This document shows positions 20,435-34,400 of a stretch of 64,000 nt of DNA, piece after piece. Both the position numbers and the translations under genes were made by a program. The DNA comes from Hydrolagus affinis (Eukaryota): assembly GCA_012026655.1 (NCBI GenBank), contig JAAILG010000529.1, positions 1-64,000 of the forward strand. Direction: 5' to 3'. The notes beneath the pieces are model-generated. The model did no database searches. It had not been told where the DNA came from and saw only the letters and a list, made by a program, of their open reading frames with translations. The first letter of the stretch is position 1, and every line of letters starts with the position of its first letter.

Positions 20435-22859
20435 AATGCTGAAATCATATTGCATGAAAAAAAATCAACCCTAACACAAGCAAGCATGAGATGTGAAATG
20501 TCTATGTAATGCATGTATTTCACACACTCTGATTCATATATACTTGCCACTCAAATCTACACCAGCACCTTTCACTCTTACTGGTGAGTCTTAATAGCCA
20601 GAGGTACCAACAATAACAACAAAATTACATTTATTTATATTTATATATGTTCCAAGTCACCTGCTGAGCGGATGGAGGGGCCGGGCAGGTTGGTAAGGGG
20701 ATAGGAGGTCATGGATGTAGGGTGAGGCGAGGTTGTGGAGGGCTTTAAATGTCTTAGATTTGACCAGAACTGGGTTGTTTCACCAGGTATCTCTCCTCTA
20801 CCCTGTTCAACCCCTTGGAGGATATTTGTACCAAGCGAACTGAAGCCATCATGGAGGATTTGATCACCAGTACCAATATAATTAATCTAATAACCCCCAA
20901 TTCCATTTCAAAAAGCAAATATCTACCCAGCTTCTCATTCAAGGTCACAAACACTCCTCCCCTTCCTCCTCCAGCTATTACAATCCTAGTTCCATTTCCC
21001 ACACACTGTTCTTGGGACCCTCTCCAATACCTCGGTTATATGGTCAAAGGTTCATTTTGAAATTCAACTTCCATTTTTTACAATAAACTGCTCAAACTGT
21101 CACTGACAACATTACACAAGATTCAAAAACCAAATCAAGTGCTTGTTATTGACCAGCATAAAATAACAAGTGGACTCATCATCTGAGCTCCCTTTGCTCC
21201 AGAACTAGTTGCCCCCCTCCCAACAATTTTTTTTAAAAAAGTGAAGTTCTCCAAAGGCCTATTGGGTCCTTATCCTTATGGACCAAAAGATAGACGGTGC
21301 CGAGATGGGGAGCCAGATTGATCCAAATTCCCTTTAAAGGTGCAGACATTACAAATCAATAAACCACATTCCTTCCAAACCCCCCCCACCCCACTCAGTG
21401 ACATGGAGCCCTGGAGCAATGGCATGTGGCATTGTACAGTGCAAGAGAACATGTTCATTAACTCTTGTTCCCTCCACAGTCAATTCCTGATTTCATCCGT
21501 GAATTACTTTTTTTTAAAATTGTGAATTTCTAAAGAAATGTTCTCAGCTGTGGACCTGAACTCTATGCATTTTTTTTTATTTTTTTTATTAAATCCCCCA
21601 AACAGAAAGTGCAATTAGTGCATTCTAGAAGTCACACTTCGATTGTTGCCTTTCCATTGACATGATTATAATTATCATTTGCATTGTGCATTCGACAACT
21701 GCAAATAGAAGTCATGGTTCGACAGGTCTGACCTATAATAAAAAGAACTGGGGCAAGCTTTTAATTGTGCGGCATGTGTTGGCACTCAAACCGATATTAA
21801 CTCACTTCAGCGAACTGCAGTGCACACTAAATTCTATTTGGCACGGCAAAATGGAGCGTAGATTTTAGCACAGTCGAGTTAATGTTCCACATTTTTGTGT
21901 TGGTCCTGTGAATGTAAGCGCAAAGTAGACATCAAAACAATCGCCTTTACTTTTTCTTGAAAGCTCCGTCAATCGGGAAGAGTGAGGGGGGCTTTCACCA
22001 AACAAGAATCCCAATGAACAAAACAGCACGTAGAAAAAGGGGAGGCTTCTGGCATTAACCACGAATGCAAAATTGGGTCTTGCAAGTCAACATTTATTTA
22101 TACTGTGCGGGTGTGTGAGGGGAGAGAGAGAGAGGGGGAAAGGGAGGGAGAGATAAAGAAAAAACAGAGATAAGAAGAAACATCGCAGAAGATAAAAATA
22201 TTCAATGATTACTGCATTTTAATTTCTTTGGAAGCAGAACGTAAAATTGAAGGATTTCTACATGTTGTGCTGACTCGGCTTTCTCTCGCGGTTCTTGATG
22301 ATTTCCAGTTAGCTCGGGGATGTGTGTACAGTCCTTTATGTGCAGCTTAATGTGGGAGGATTGTATTGAAGCTGCTTGAGTGATAAACCTATGCGTTGGT
22401 CTGAAGAGTTTGGCTCTGAAATGGTACAGGCGGCATTTCTCAAATCACTGTCAATCTTCAAGTCGCTGCTTTTATATTCTCCACAGTATTGTGCAAGGGC
22501 AGCCTTTCTTCTTCAATAAAAGCCGCTGATGCTGTGTTTGATATTAACCCAGTGTAACCTAGCATCTGATTGGGAATCGAATCTGAAGCCCCTGTAATTG
22601 GTGTTGACTGAAACAAATATTCAATGAAACATAAAGATTTTTAAATTTCTGTTCCTAATACTGATGTCCTCCTGACATGAAAGGCGCTATAAAACTGCAA
22701 TTTTCTTGTTTTTGATGTTGTATGTAGTGGGAACTAGGCCAGTGTTCAACAGTGTAGTCAATGAAGTCCATAATTGGTTAAGGTTTGAGTAGACTGATGA
22801 ACTAAATCATCTTCTCTTGCTCTATATTCTTATATGAAGTTACTAAACAGACTACAACT

Positions 22860-23010
22860 TGGTTTATTTAACATCTCTTCCAAAGGATGGAGCCAGTGAC
22901 AATGAAGCGTACCCCAAGCACTCATTTGGAGAGTTACATTAGACTATGAGCTCAGAACCCCAGCATGGGGCTTGAACCCGCAACCTTCTGACACAAACAA
23001 TGAGCTGACT
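22860..23010 (-). mobile_element. Old tRNA-headed SINE 5' fragment (SacSINE1-like)
   Basis: gggcttgaacccgcaaccttctgac (antisense B-box region), shared with about 40920 and 60090. Confidence 0.6.
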
Positions 23011-25102
23011 GGGGGAAAGAGGAGGGAGAGACAGAAAGAGATACGAGGGAAAGGTGCAGACGATTTTCTTTCAAATCCATCACTATTTCATGTCTATTTC
23101 CATGGAAACACAATATAAAACAGAAGGATTTTGTGTGCATTATAGCATTGACGCGCAGGCTCTAAATACCTGCTTGGTATCTTGTTTCAGCTTTTGAATC
23201 CTTCCTCAGTATATAGAAATACTTCCTGGCGTCTCTCCCTTCTCAAATAGCCTTTACAGCCTCTCACCAGCACAAATATGAATCTATGCCCTAACAATCC
23301 TCTAAATGAATTCACTTCCAAGGCTGTTTGTGGGTCCTAGGGTTTATGAAAACAACCAAGGAAGTAAGGAACTGAACTATAATTGTGAAGCGTTTCTGGA
23401 TATATAGAAATTCATTTTTTAACAGTTCTCTGCAACACAGAACTCTACAGCTTCATGTTGTTTCTCTTGGAACACTGAACACTGACAAGCTCATGGGGAT
23501 GTGTGGGGGCGTAGGGGGTGGGGGTGGGGAAGTGGGTAGGAGAGGGAGTTTTAATACTATCTCTACTCGTTAATTCCACTTTCTCAGAGTGCAGTGTTCA
23601 GCAGCATTTCTGAGCCAGGTTCTGATGAGGCACTTTTTTTTATTTAATAAAACAAATATGCAGAACATTTTTTGTTCACGTTGGTGATAATTCCTTCGTT
23701 TCTAAGAAGTGTATTGATGACAAGACTCCCTGAGTACTAAATCTCGCTGCATACTTGGAAACATGAAACCTGATAAGAAACACAAGGCTAAAGGTTTGCT
23801 CTGAGAATTGTGAATACATTCTTCTACTGATTCAATTCTTACATCATCTGTTCCCGCTCATGGGAGTGGTAGGAAATCAGAAGAGGCATTCTGATCTTCT
23901 GTGGCTCTAAAATTCCACCCAGTCTTAATCTGTAAGGTTTTCTTAAAATCTATGATCTTGCAGAACTGTGGAAAATTCTTAACTTCATGAATAATAAATA
24001 ATCCTTGCATTTGATACAGCGCCTTTCATGTCAGGGAGACATCCCAAAGCGCTTCACAGGATTTAACAGGATCCACGGGAGTCAGGCCAAGGGTTAAATA
24101 TATTACACACTCTACATTCCATTATCACTGTGCAATTTGCAGCAATATTACTTTTAATATCAATTTGCTACTCGGAGGAAATAACTGCGTTGGTCAGGGA
24201 GGAATATCCACTGTTGTTTGTGAGCAGTGCAGGAGGCTGGGGTTCAATGTTCACAGTGTGTGGACATGCCGAGGCTTTCCTTCATTACCTTTGGGGTCAA
24301 TGTAGGAAATTCCTGCAGAGACTGAATTCAGCCAGGATGGAGTTCACAACAGAATGCTACATTTTGGGTGGTGTACGGAAGGAGCTGGTTTGATGGGCCT
24401 AATGGAAATTTCTTATTCTGTGCTTTAGGTTCTTAATCATGAAATGGCAGCTGCCATTGAATTATGAAACTAGCAATGTAAAAAATGTCACCACATTATA
24501 TATTATGTCTCCTCCAATGTGCTGTGTCTTTTGTGGTGTCCTTGGACGGAAACCCACTGCAAACAGACTTAAAAATCTCGATTGCTGTGTCCTCAATGAA
24601 TACCTTGACTGTGTGAGTTCTCCTTCCATTTCTATATGCGATGGCTTCACATTGTATACAGCACTATTTGCAGGGGAGTAGAAGTGGCCCTGTGCTCACG
24701 TTAACCTCCCTCAAAATCATGGAGGAATGCCCTCAATAAACAGATTTATTGGAAACCCACATCATGTAATTTTTCTGTCTTTCCACTTATAAATGCTCCG
24801 TAATTGACTTGTCCCTGTGCCACAGGTGAGCTATCCTGGACAATTCATTCATGGGAAGAAATCACACCCTCTTCTCCTCTCATGCTGTATTAATCGATGT
24901 TACCAAATGATTTGCCCAATTCGGTTTGACTAAAAAAAATTACTTCTGAACACTTTATGGAGACAGAAAAGGCAATAAAAGTATTAATTAAACTGTTAAC
25001 TCAAAAAAGAATCATGGCCACGCTAACGCGGACTTTGGAATGCTGTGCAAAAGAAGTAGTTTGGAAACAGCAATGAAATAGTAGGGAAAATCAGTCAGAG
25101 AC

Positions 25103-25437
25103 ATGCCCATTAAATATACAGTCAATTTACTTTACAGTATATTCTGTGAAGTGCTTCGAGACATCTCGAAGACTTAATAAGGCGCTATATCAAATGCAAG
25201 GATTATTATGATTAACTCAGCCTTTTACAGTCTTTACAACAGATCTCAGCTCTCTGGTTTTTTTCAAAAAGAAAATTTAGTTTTCTGAAAGAAAAAAACC
25301 TTTGGTACTTGTTCTTTCTGACCATCGTTTCGCCCACATACAGTCAATTCACTTCACAGTATATTCTGTGAAGCGCTTTGAGACATCTAGAAGAAGTGAA
25401 AAGCGTTATATCAAATGTAAGGATTATTATTATTATT
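25103..25437 (+). mobile_element. Two tandem SINE 3' fragments (about 25103-25212 and 25326-25437)
   Basis: Each has tacagtcaatt..ctt.acagtatattctgtgaag.gct..gagacatc...tatatcaaatg.aaggattatta. Confidence 0.88.
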
Positions 25438-25641
25438 GAGACTGTCCATTACATTTGGGCTTGGCTGTGACACTCACTCTAAATAACCTAGAATAATTCA
25501 CGATTGGGTTTATACATCGGGGGACAAGCAGAAGAGGATAACTTGTGGAGCCGTCTCCAAAAGGAGGAAGTACCTTTTGCAGAGGTGGTCAGGAAATTGG
25601 AACAAAGTGATCACAAAGTATTTAAGCATGAATGCACTTAC

Positions 25642-25757
25642 TCATCATCTGGTGTGAGCTGAACAGGTTCACTTGTAAACTGTGTATCGAAGTTTTCTAA
25701 ACCGTAGTCATCGGTGATTTGTGGTTTAAAGGGAGGAGTCACCTGCTTCTTCTCCAA
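25642..25757 (-). CDS. PRKCZ: PRKCZ exon 17 equivalent, 116 bp
   Basis: ctcttttcag|TTG ... GA|gtaagt. Translates [38 protein letters not shown](E), including the turn-motif Thr. Confidence 0.97.
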
Positions 25758-25869
25758 CTGAAAAGAGAGCAAAGGATAAGTTACAATCTCCTATATAAAA
25801 AATATATTTTGAGCATGTGATATATACTCCGGTGACCGCTGAATTTTAGCTAATTGGGACCCAATAATA

Positions 25870-26078
25870 GTAATAATCCGTCAAAAAAAACCTACAATAA
25901 AATTGGGCATTTCAATCCACGACTGTTTGTGGGGGACACTGCTGTGCGCAATTGGCTGCCACATTTCGCCCACAAATATACAGTCAATTCACTTTACAGT
26001 ATATTCTGTGAAGCGCTTTGAGGGATCTAGAAGATGTGAAAAGTGCTACATCAAATGCAAGTTTCATCATTATTATTA
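25870..26078 (+). mobile_element. tRNA-Deu SINE, 5'-truncated
   Basis: Deu core gactgtttgtgggggacactgctgtgcgcaattggctgcc plus the tail. Confidence 0.9.
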
Positions 26079-28746
26079 ATTCTAAGTCCCTTCAATGAGG
26101 TGAAACTGCACACTGAACCCTAAACCAAGAAGAAAAATTAAATTCAGTCAATGATTCCAGGGGATGAATAAAACTAAACATTTAAATCAGACAGCTGAAG
26201 GTGTCGTCAAGGATTCTTATCATTAATTCTGTAATTTTAATGGTAACCTAGTTCACCGTGGATCTCAGCCTTTGATGTGTCATGTAATGCCATTTTCCTT
26301 TACATATTAATCCTTGCATTTGATTGATGGCGCCTTATCGTCGAGACATCTCAAAGTGCTTCACAGAATATAGTGTGAAGTTAGTGTCTGTAGTTGCCTT
26401 TCCAGTTATTGTCTCTCAACTCTACCAATCCATTAATAATCCTTTAACTCTACCAATGCTTTAATAAAAACAGAATTCACTAGCAACTCTCAGCAGGTCA
26501 GGCAGCATGTGTGGAGAAAGGAAAGTCTACCAATGCTTTCTTTGGTGGTACAGAATTCACTGATCAACTCAGTAAGACCGAAAGAATGTAAATGTTGCTG
26601 TTCCTGACATGAGTCCAGACAATTTTCTTTGTACAGTAATATCAGTGAGACAATAGGCATAGACAAGTGACAATAACAACAGTCCCATCACATAAGACCC
26701 AATTTGGTTGCTGGAAGCACAAAAACACACAAGTAAAATAGCAACGGGTACACATGGATAGCAGATTTTCCAAACTCTAATCTACGTTCCAGCAACATTG
26801 TCATAGCAAACAGGCAATAATAATCTGGGAAAGAGCTGCTTAGGCTGTAGTACTGGTATGAGGCTCAACTGGCAATTCCATTGAGGCTTTTTGGAGTGGA
26901 GCTGATATGAAGTGTTACTACAAACAATGATTCACACTTCAACACATACCAGAGAAGTGACAAAACCCATCACACAGAAGGCCTGGTCGATCTATCATTG
27001 CCAGCCACGGCTGGGGTTTAGAACTGCGGGTGGTGTGAAGGGACAATCCTAAGTGCTACATACTGCCACCTCACTTCAAAGAGATCTTCTGATCTGTGAG
27101 AGAGTGAAAGACAGTCGCCTGTAGGAGCTGGCAGACAAGTAAAAGCCTGATGATGTCTGTCCAAATCAAATCTTGAGTTAGTTTCTGGGATGAATGTCCC
27201 GCAGTATAATAGTGCTTCACATGCCTGATGCCACAATAAATATTTGAAGAGGAAGATTAGAAAATGCAATGTTGATTAAATGCCATTTGATGAGGAAGCA
27301 CAGGTTTAGGGCTTTATTACCCAAATGGCATCCTGGAAAGCGTCCATAATTACGATTCTATAATTGATTTTCTGTTATAACAATATCACTACAGTCACAA
27401 GCGGCTCAGAATCAAACCAAGATTGTGTTTATCATTTACACTGAAAACCACTTCCTGTTGTTTCACATTGACAGGATTAATAAATACATTCCTGATCGAA
27501 TTACAGCCGTATAATTTCAACTTCCCCAATACCCACTGTCTCATCACCTACTGTGCCAACAGACACTTGAAAGTGTGACATTAGTACCTATTTTATGTGC
27601 AGCAACTATCATTGAAGCTCAATGTCTTTTCCTGACAGTCAGTGTGAGTTTCTAACAAATGAGAATCAGTCCTACTGGAATTCCACATTTCCGCTATTTA
27701 ATTCCGCATCGCCCATTTTCTTCTCTCCTATCGGCGCTGACTCTAGCAGGGTTCTGGTTTGGCAGACGTAACTATAGAAGAAGACAATGGGGTCCAATCC
27801 AGAATCCCACTTGCTTCACCTGCCATCCCTGTTGGCAGATTTCTGACGCCCAATTATTAGCTAATTTGTACCGTAGACACCCAGTCACCGGATTGAACAC
27901 ACATTTTAAGTAGGACACTTCCAGACAACAGCAAGGAGACGTTTTGTTCATCGCAGCAGCCTGTGCTGGATTCAAATCCAAGTGTCTGAATTTGACACCT
28001 AGCGCATTGTACCACAATAGTCTGGTTCTCACGTTTAATAAGCAAATTGTATAAGTAGGTATTAGGCAGTATGTATTATTATGCATTTTAAAAAAAAAAT
28101 TAAGTTGGGAGACAGCTACAATTTTCAAAAGATTAAAATGCCAAACTGCCTAAACCCATTTATCTCCGGTTAATTTTGGGCTATGGTTTCCGTGAAACCC
28201 CAAATCGACTTATCTTTTGAATGCAGAGCATATAGGTTCTTATGTAAATTATCAGCACGTGTTCAATACAAGACTCCATCACCAAGCTGGTATTAAGCAG
28301 ACTCGTGTCCTCCCTACTTTTTAACTCAACAGTAAGAGGCGCTGGCAAAAAGCATTCTAAAAGCAAAAAAGCACTCTCACGTACACTGCAAAATGTATTT
28401 TTAAATGCTTTTTGCTATGTGCTTCTTTGCTTTGGAGACAAAAAAATATATACTGTAGCATGCTTTCAGTGGTTTTTTATATATGGAAACATATCCTTTC
28501 CTCTCTCTTTAAAGTCTCCCACACACAATCGCATCAAGACCTGCCTTTGCCTTCATCTTCACACTTTGTGAGCAGCCAACATAAAGCTCGTGGGAGTTAC
28601 TTACCAGCTATATGATTTTTCCCTCTTGGATAAACTGTTACCTTACTCACTCCTACATCAATGTACTAACCACTAAGCTCAACCCCTTTCTCCCTCCAAA
28701 TGAGCCAGAAACGTGTAGTACCATCTATTTGTCTGCAAAACTAGAG

Positions 28747-29065
28747 CAGTGGTTCTTAACCAGGGGTACATATATCCCAGGGGGTACAAAATGACTTCCA
28801 GGGGGTACAGGTAGTGGAATGTTGATTTATTTAGCTCTCTTATTTATAGTTATTATAGTTTTGTAGTTATTCCAAATTGTATATTTAATTGTCATTCCTC
28901 TGGTTGTGTATGTCGCTAGTTTTTTTGTTATATAAGAAAAGCTTGGTCATAAAATGCAAGTGGAATGAGGGGGGTGGTGGGTGGTGTGTGTGTATGTGGT
29001 TGGGTGGGGGTTTCAACACGATAATGTTGAAAATAAACAAGGGGTACATTAGTGAAGAACCATTG
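28747..29065. mobile_element. Non-autonomous hAT (Charlie-like) DNA transposon / MITE, 319 bp
   Basis: Terminal inverted repeats CAGTGGTTCTTAA / TGAAGAACCATTG, subterminal GGGGTACA repeats at both ends, and an 8-bp target-site duplication AACTAGAG (28739-28746) / AACGAGAG (29066-29073). Confidence 0.85.
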
Positions 29066-31277
29066 AACGAGAGCACCACTGTTTCTCCATGGTACAGTGC
29101 AATCAAACAGGTTTAGCATCAAAAGATGGTAGTAGTCACAACTCGCACTAAAAGTTGGAAACTACCAAAGCAATCCCCGTCCACAGAGTGTCTAGTTTCA
29201 CACCTGGGCTCCCACTTGTAACATCACTGCCCCACTCAAGCTCAGCTAACTCAACTAAAACCAAGGATCAATTATACTATCTCCTGCTCTGCATGATTCA
29301 GTGACATATCAAGGTGGTGCAGACTCAGCAATTCATTGGCACAGCTGATCACTTCTCCACTGGGACTCTCCTGTTGTTCTGTCAATGTCTCCTTTCCACT
29401 CAATTACTGAAACTCCCTGAGAGAAACAGAGCAAGCAGTTTAAATATTTTACAACTGAGATTGTTCGGAGAGAAGGTTTTACAGGGAAGCTAACTGGAGC
29501 TGCGAGGGCAATACAAATGGAATTTACACGGTCTCTGGGAGTTATTCGTAGACAAACCAGCCTTTTCAGTAACTTGCTGATTGGATTGCCAACGATTTTC
29601 CAAAAAATAAATGACTTGTAGAATGATACCAAACTATGTCATGCTCCTTCTCTGCCAATGTGCTCAGTGTGATTGGTGACAAGTGAAAACTCTAGCCCAA
29701 ATGGGCCTCATGTCTCTCAGCAGGAGATAAGCACCAGGTGCATGAGGTGCAATGGAAGTTCCTTAAATAGATTTTGAAAAGAGCATACATCAGAGAGAGA
29801 GACATAGATAATGTTCTCACCCAAAAAAAACTAAATGTTCTTTACTGCAGACATTGTTGAAATGGAGTAAAAATGAGAACCAGCAAATTAGGAGGGGTTT
29901 TTTTGGTTGGGGAGGTGGGGGAGTCGAGGGGATGGGGGGGGTATAGAAAAAAAATACAATGTGACTTTGGAGTTTACTATACTTGAGTGTACCTTTTACT
30001 AGTAGCTTGCAGTTAGTTCCATGCTTTGTAGGAGCTGCAAATTAGTGCGGGAACATCATGTACCAGGGAAGCAGTCAACAAAAATAATGGAAAAAAAAAT
30101 TGTGCTCTTACGTCAAAGATGGAGTAAAGAGGCCATCAAGAGGATTTGCAAAAAACCGGCAAATGTAGCCGAGGCTGAGTGAGTGGTTCAGAATTCATTT
30201 ACAGTACTGCAAGAATCAATTTACAGAGCCCCACACACAACAGCCTTCCCATCTCCAACGCTCCATTCACATAATACCACCTGGGTCACAAGGACTTGTT
30301 TCAGAGCCAAATAAATCATTTGCATCTTCAAAACACAGGACTCTGTACAGGAAATTGATAAGGGAAACAGAATTAATCCCTCTACCTACCGTTCACGTGT
30401 AAGAGATTTAAGTAACAGAGCACCACTGATCTCGCCCATTGTTTATAATGGTTTTACAGTAACTAATATACATGTTTAAAGCACAGTCAATTTATTTGAC
30501 AATACAGTATGTTAGTAAATTATGAAAAAAACTCTACCCACATATTAAAGCTGCAATATTAATTTCCCCATTGGTTCACAGGTTTTATCCACTGAATAGC
30601 TGAGCACAACAACAACAAAATTACACTTGTATAGCGCGTGTAGACTCACAAGTCCCAGATTTTGACAGTTCCTTTGTGCATTGTCCACTTCTCTCCTCAA
30701 AAGTGCTGACTATTCCGCAAGATAGGTTCCAATTGGCACCTCTTATACTTCACCCAACGGACATTACGTCTGAGGCTCGGCAGCAAGTGCCAGCAGGCTA
30801 TTCAACATAAGGTCATTACAGTTAAGTAAGTCCTCTCCACTCAGTCCATTGGATAGAACCCAGGAATCCAGAGGTTAATTGCGTCACCCACAATTAATGG
30901 CTTGACTCAGAGATGAGCAGATGCTGTAATTCTAACCTAAAACTGTCTGGTCTTTATTGCATAGTGCTACTCAAAGCAGTGCCCATGAGACTATTGAGAT
31001 AGTTAGGTCGAAGTTTAATCTACAATCTGTTTTATCGGATCTCAGATGGGGGGGCGGGGGTGGTGGTGGTGGTGGAGACTGCAGTGGGGAAGCAGGGAGA
31101 GTTGTGTTGAAGATTATAGGTTTAGGAATACCTATCCCCTCTCCCACTGTTGAAAATAATGTGGCGTCTCCCTCATTTGAATTCTTCAGAGGTCCTCCAC
31201 CATAGCTCTCTATCTCTCTTTGCATTTGCCCTAAACCTTTAGCTGCTGCTTTCTGTGCCGAAAGACTAAGAGGCATT

Positions 31278-31404
31278 CATAAGAATAAGAAGCAGGAGTA
31301 GGCCATTCAGCCCCTCAAGCCTGCCCCGCCATTCAATAAGATCATGTCTGATCTTCTAATCTAACTCCATCTGCCTGCCTTATCCCCATATCGCTTAATC
31401 CCTT
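31278..31404 (-). mobile_element. CR1 LINE 3' end
   Basis: cataagaataagaagcaggagtaggccattcagcccctcaagcctgccccgccattcaataagatcatg. Confidence 0.85.
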
Positions 31405-34400
31405 AATTCGAGTCGCAGGTCAGGAAAATAAAATAATAGTAAAACGTTTGCAAAAAAAATACATAATGCCCTACATTCTACAATATGTATCATGAATGAT
31501 TTACGCAGAACTACCTTTGTATTGGAAACAGCCCAGAATGTCCTGAAATTTTAAACCAACAGCAGAATGGTTTCCCATTCATCTGCTTACAACAGATAAC
31601 TCATTAAAGAAATGTTCCCTTGGCAATCACACTAGCCATTGATAGTACACTGGAAATAAGAGACCTAAACTCGCAGTGCAGTGGTCTCTGAAGACACAGC
31701 TAAGCTTACTAATGTCTCCTACGTGAACAGTAAACATCAGGTCAACTCATGGTAATTTGGTAAGCACATTGGTAACAGTACATTGAGGATCTTTCAGATA
31801 CAATGTTTATCCATTGAGCAGATCCCCTCATCGGAACACTTGAACATGCTTGATTCTGCTATTCTGACTTACTGGACAGTATATCACATGCAACTGTCCC
31901 TACACTAGATAGATTTTCAGCCTCAAACAATGCCGATGTATGAATACTGTAGAATGCTACTCATGCCCCACACAACAGCCCCAACTCTCGATTTGTGGTT
32001 CTATATTTTCACTCGATTGGATGGATCATTGTTGTCTATTATAAATAACGAAGTTTGAAGTTAACTTATCTATTTTACAGCAGCCTGTTTAATTTTGCGC
32101 AGAAACTTCCAAGAGAATACAGCAAAATTAAATGGGCCGCAAAAACTAGCGGTTATACAGGATCCTGGAGGGTTTTGCTAGATTAGCTTCAGGGGTCAGC
32201 AAGTGGCTTTACAAAATAGTCTCAGGAGACAGAGAGAGTGAGGTCAAGTCCACAATAATGTGGGTTGTGCAAGGTTTGTGGAACAGTATCTCAGTGGAAA
32301 GTAAAAGGAGTCAGATAACTAAGAGGAGGGGACGACAGAAAATTGACCCCAAAAAATGAACACGTTGTTTAAGGTTATAGACTTGGGTATGCTTAAACTT
32401 GTCAGCACATCCGAAAATATTTCTTTGGCATTGCAATACCTGCATGTGATGTTGAAGGAAGGACTGCAGACTGATTTCGAAAGGTCAGCTACTCGTTTTA
32501 ATGCAAAAAAACAGGGCTCCCACGCATATTTGGGAGGAGGTGGCTGATAAACAAAACAAAAACTCTGAAAAATATCCCTAGGAACCTCAGTGTAGTTTTG
32601 ATTACAATTCCCCACAGCCAAACCCAGGCTTGGGCAAAATGCTTTGAACCAAATCCAAAATGCTTTAAAATAATAAAGCAAATTCCATTTGACTTCTTCA
32701 TTCAGTTGAACTCCCCTTGCCAATAGTGTGTGCAATCCAACTGAACGACGGTTACGCAACTGGGAAAGTACGAGGGATACTTGTACCCTATGAAACTTTC
32801 CAAGCAGAAAACACAATTTTCTCTCGCTGTGCAGTGGGAACGGCCTGGCATCAAGCTTTTCCCACTGCCATAAATCATGTAAAGTAGCAGCTCTACAGTA
32901 ATGGCATTTTCATCGTTTCCCATTATTAAATGTGGTTTATTTCATTTTGAGTCCCCTTCTCCGCAGATATTTTATGCAAGGCACAGTGCAAAAAAAGTGC
33001 AGAAAATTTCTCCCCTCTGCTATCTGGCTAATCCTAATTGTCAAGTGTCTGGAAATTGTTGGCTGACTTTTTGGGAAGAGAAGGAAGAGGATGGCAAGTT
33101 GATTTTGGATTTTGACCAGAACTTTGACCATCGTCTATGAATCCTTTCCCCATTCTAATCAAGCCGATTAATTAACAAAAGTGTCAGGCACAAATTGTTA
33201 GTGGTAGATAGTGGTTATGAAGGTTGTTGTTTGGTTATGTTGGGGACCCCATATATATGGGCTGGTCTGCATGCGCACATACCATGCCACTTGCTTATTT
33301 CCACTTCGAACCCTGAACGCAACATTGGCCTACATCTAGGTTTCCTTCTTTGTGTTATTAATACAATGTCACATCTGTGAGGCGTTCTGTGAATAAAGAG
33401 CACAAGAAACAGATGCAGTTCAATTAAAACTTCAAAGTTATTTGTTTGAAATTTGGTCAAATAAGCAAAAGGCAGCCCCTGTGATAGCTGGAGGTTAGTA
33501 CTGCTCAAGCAGAGCTTCAGGAAGCACAACTGGCTGACTTTGCTCTCATTTTTGTAATTGTTCCACATTGGCACATCTCCTGTGGCAGTGCAATAAAGTA
33601 GAATTCATAAAACAACTTCTGAAAGCTCAGTGACCCATTGGAGTCGAGCATTTGAGCCTTGCAGGATCCCAAAGGACTGGAAGTAAGGTTAGGAGTTTGT
33701 AGACATGCAAAGAACTACCAGGCAAAAAATAAGTATCTTAGATCTGCCATATTAGTACAGGCTGGAACTACTTGGGAGGAGGGGGAGAGGGAATTAGAAA
33801 ATAGGCACACAAGGAAACCGATGCATAAATACATTACTTTGCATTGATTTCCATTAAGCGCTATTAACCCAATCATTAACTCAACTGTTGAACATCTTCA
33901 TATTCATCTGACCATCTGCCTTCACTATATATATATTCTCATCTCCATGCAATGTGCATCATCAATAAACAATTTCTGCTTTTAATCCCCTGATCCAAGC
34001 CACTCATGCAGACTGGGAAAAGAAGCTCATGCAAGACTGACTCATGCATTTGCTTTGATTGGAAATAACTGCAGCGTTTATCAATGTACACTCACATTAT
34101 TATTAATGTTCAAGGAATTCGCCAGTAGAGAGGGTTTCAATATTTGCAATCCAACAAACATTTTTGCAGTCTCTTTCGAAGCACTTTATTTAAATCTAGT
34201 TGGATCAGAGTGAGACCAAATTGGGCACTTCTGATTGTTTTGAATCATCAGTCCAATGATTGAAAAGGTACATTGTTCGTAATGTAAGCGTTAAATTAGG
34301 GACCGACGTACCGACGTTTGACTCAAAGGATAGACGTTCTTTCAAAAGGCAAAGCAGGTTGTAAACATCACATGGCAAGTGGCCTTGGGAGAGAGACAAG

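Noticed and set aside
30112-30206. Possible PRKCZ cassette/poison exon (ttcttgcag|...GAC|gtaaga on the minus strand)
   Set aside because: The polypyrimidine tract is weak, there is an immediate stop, and there is no homology. Such site pairs are expected by chance in a 19-kb intron; RNA-seq would be needed.
32319-32816. 165-aa minus-strand ORF and the many other 60-140 aa ORFs
   Set aside because: They show no homology or splice support. Recurrent peptides such as YIKCKDYYY are translations of the SINE tail.
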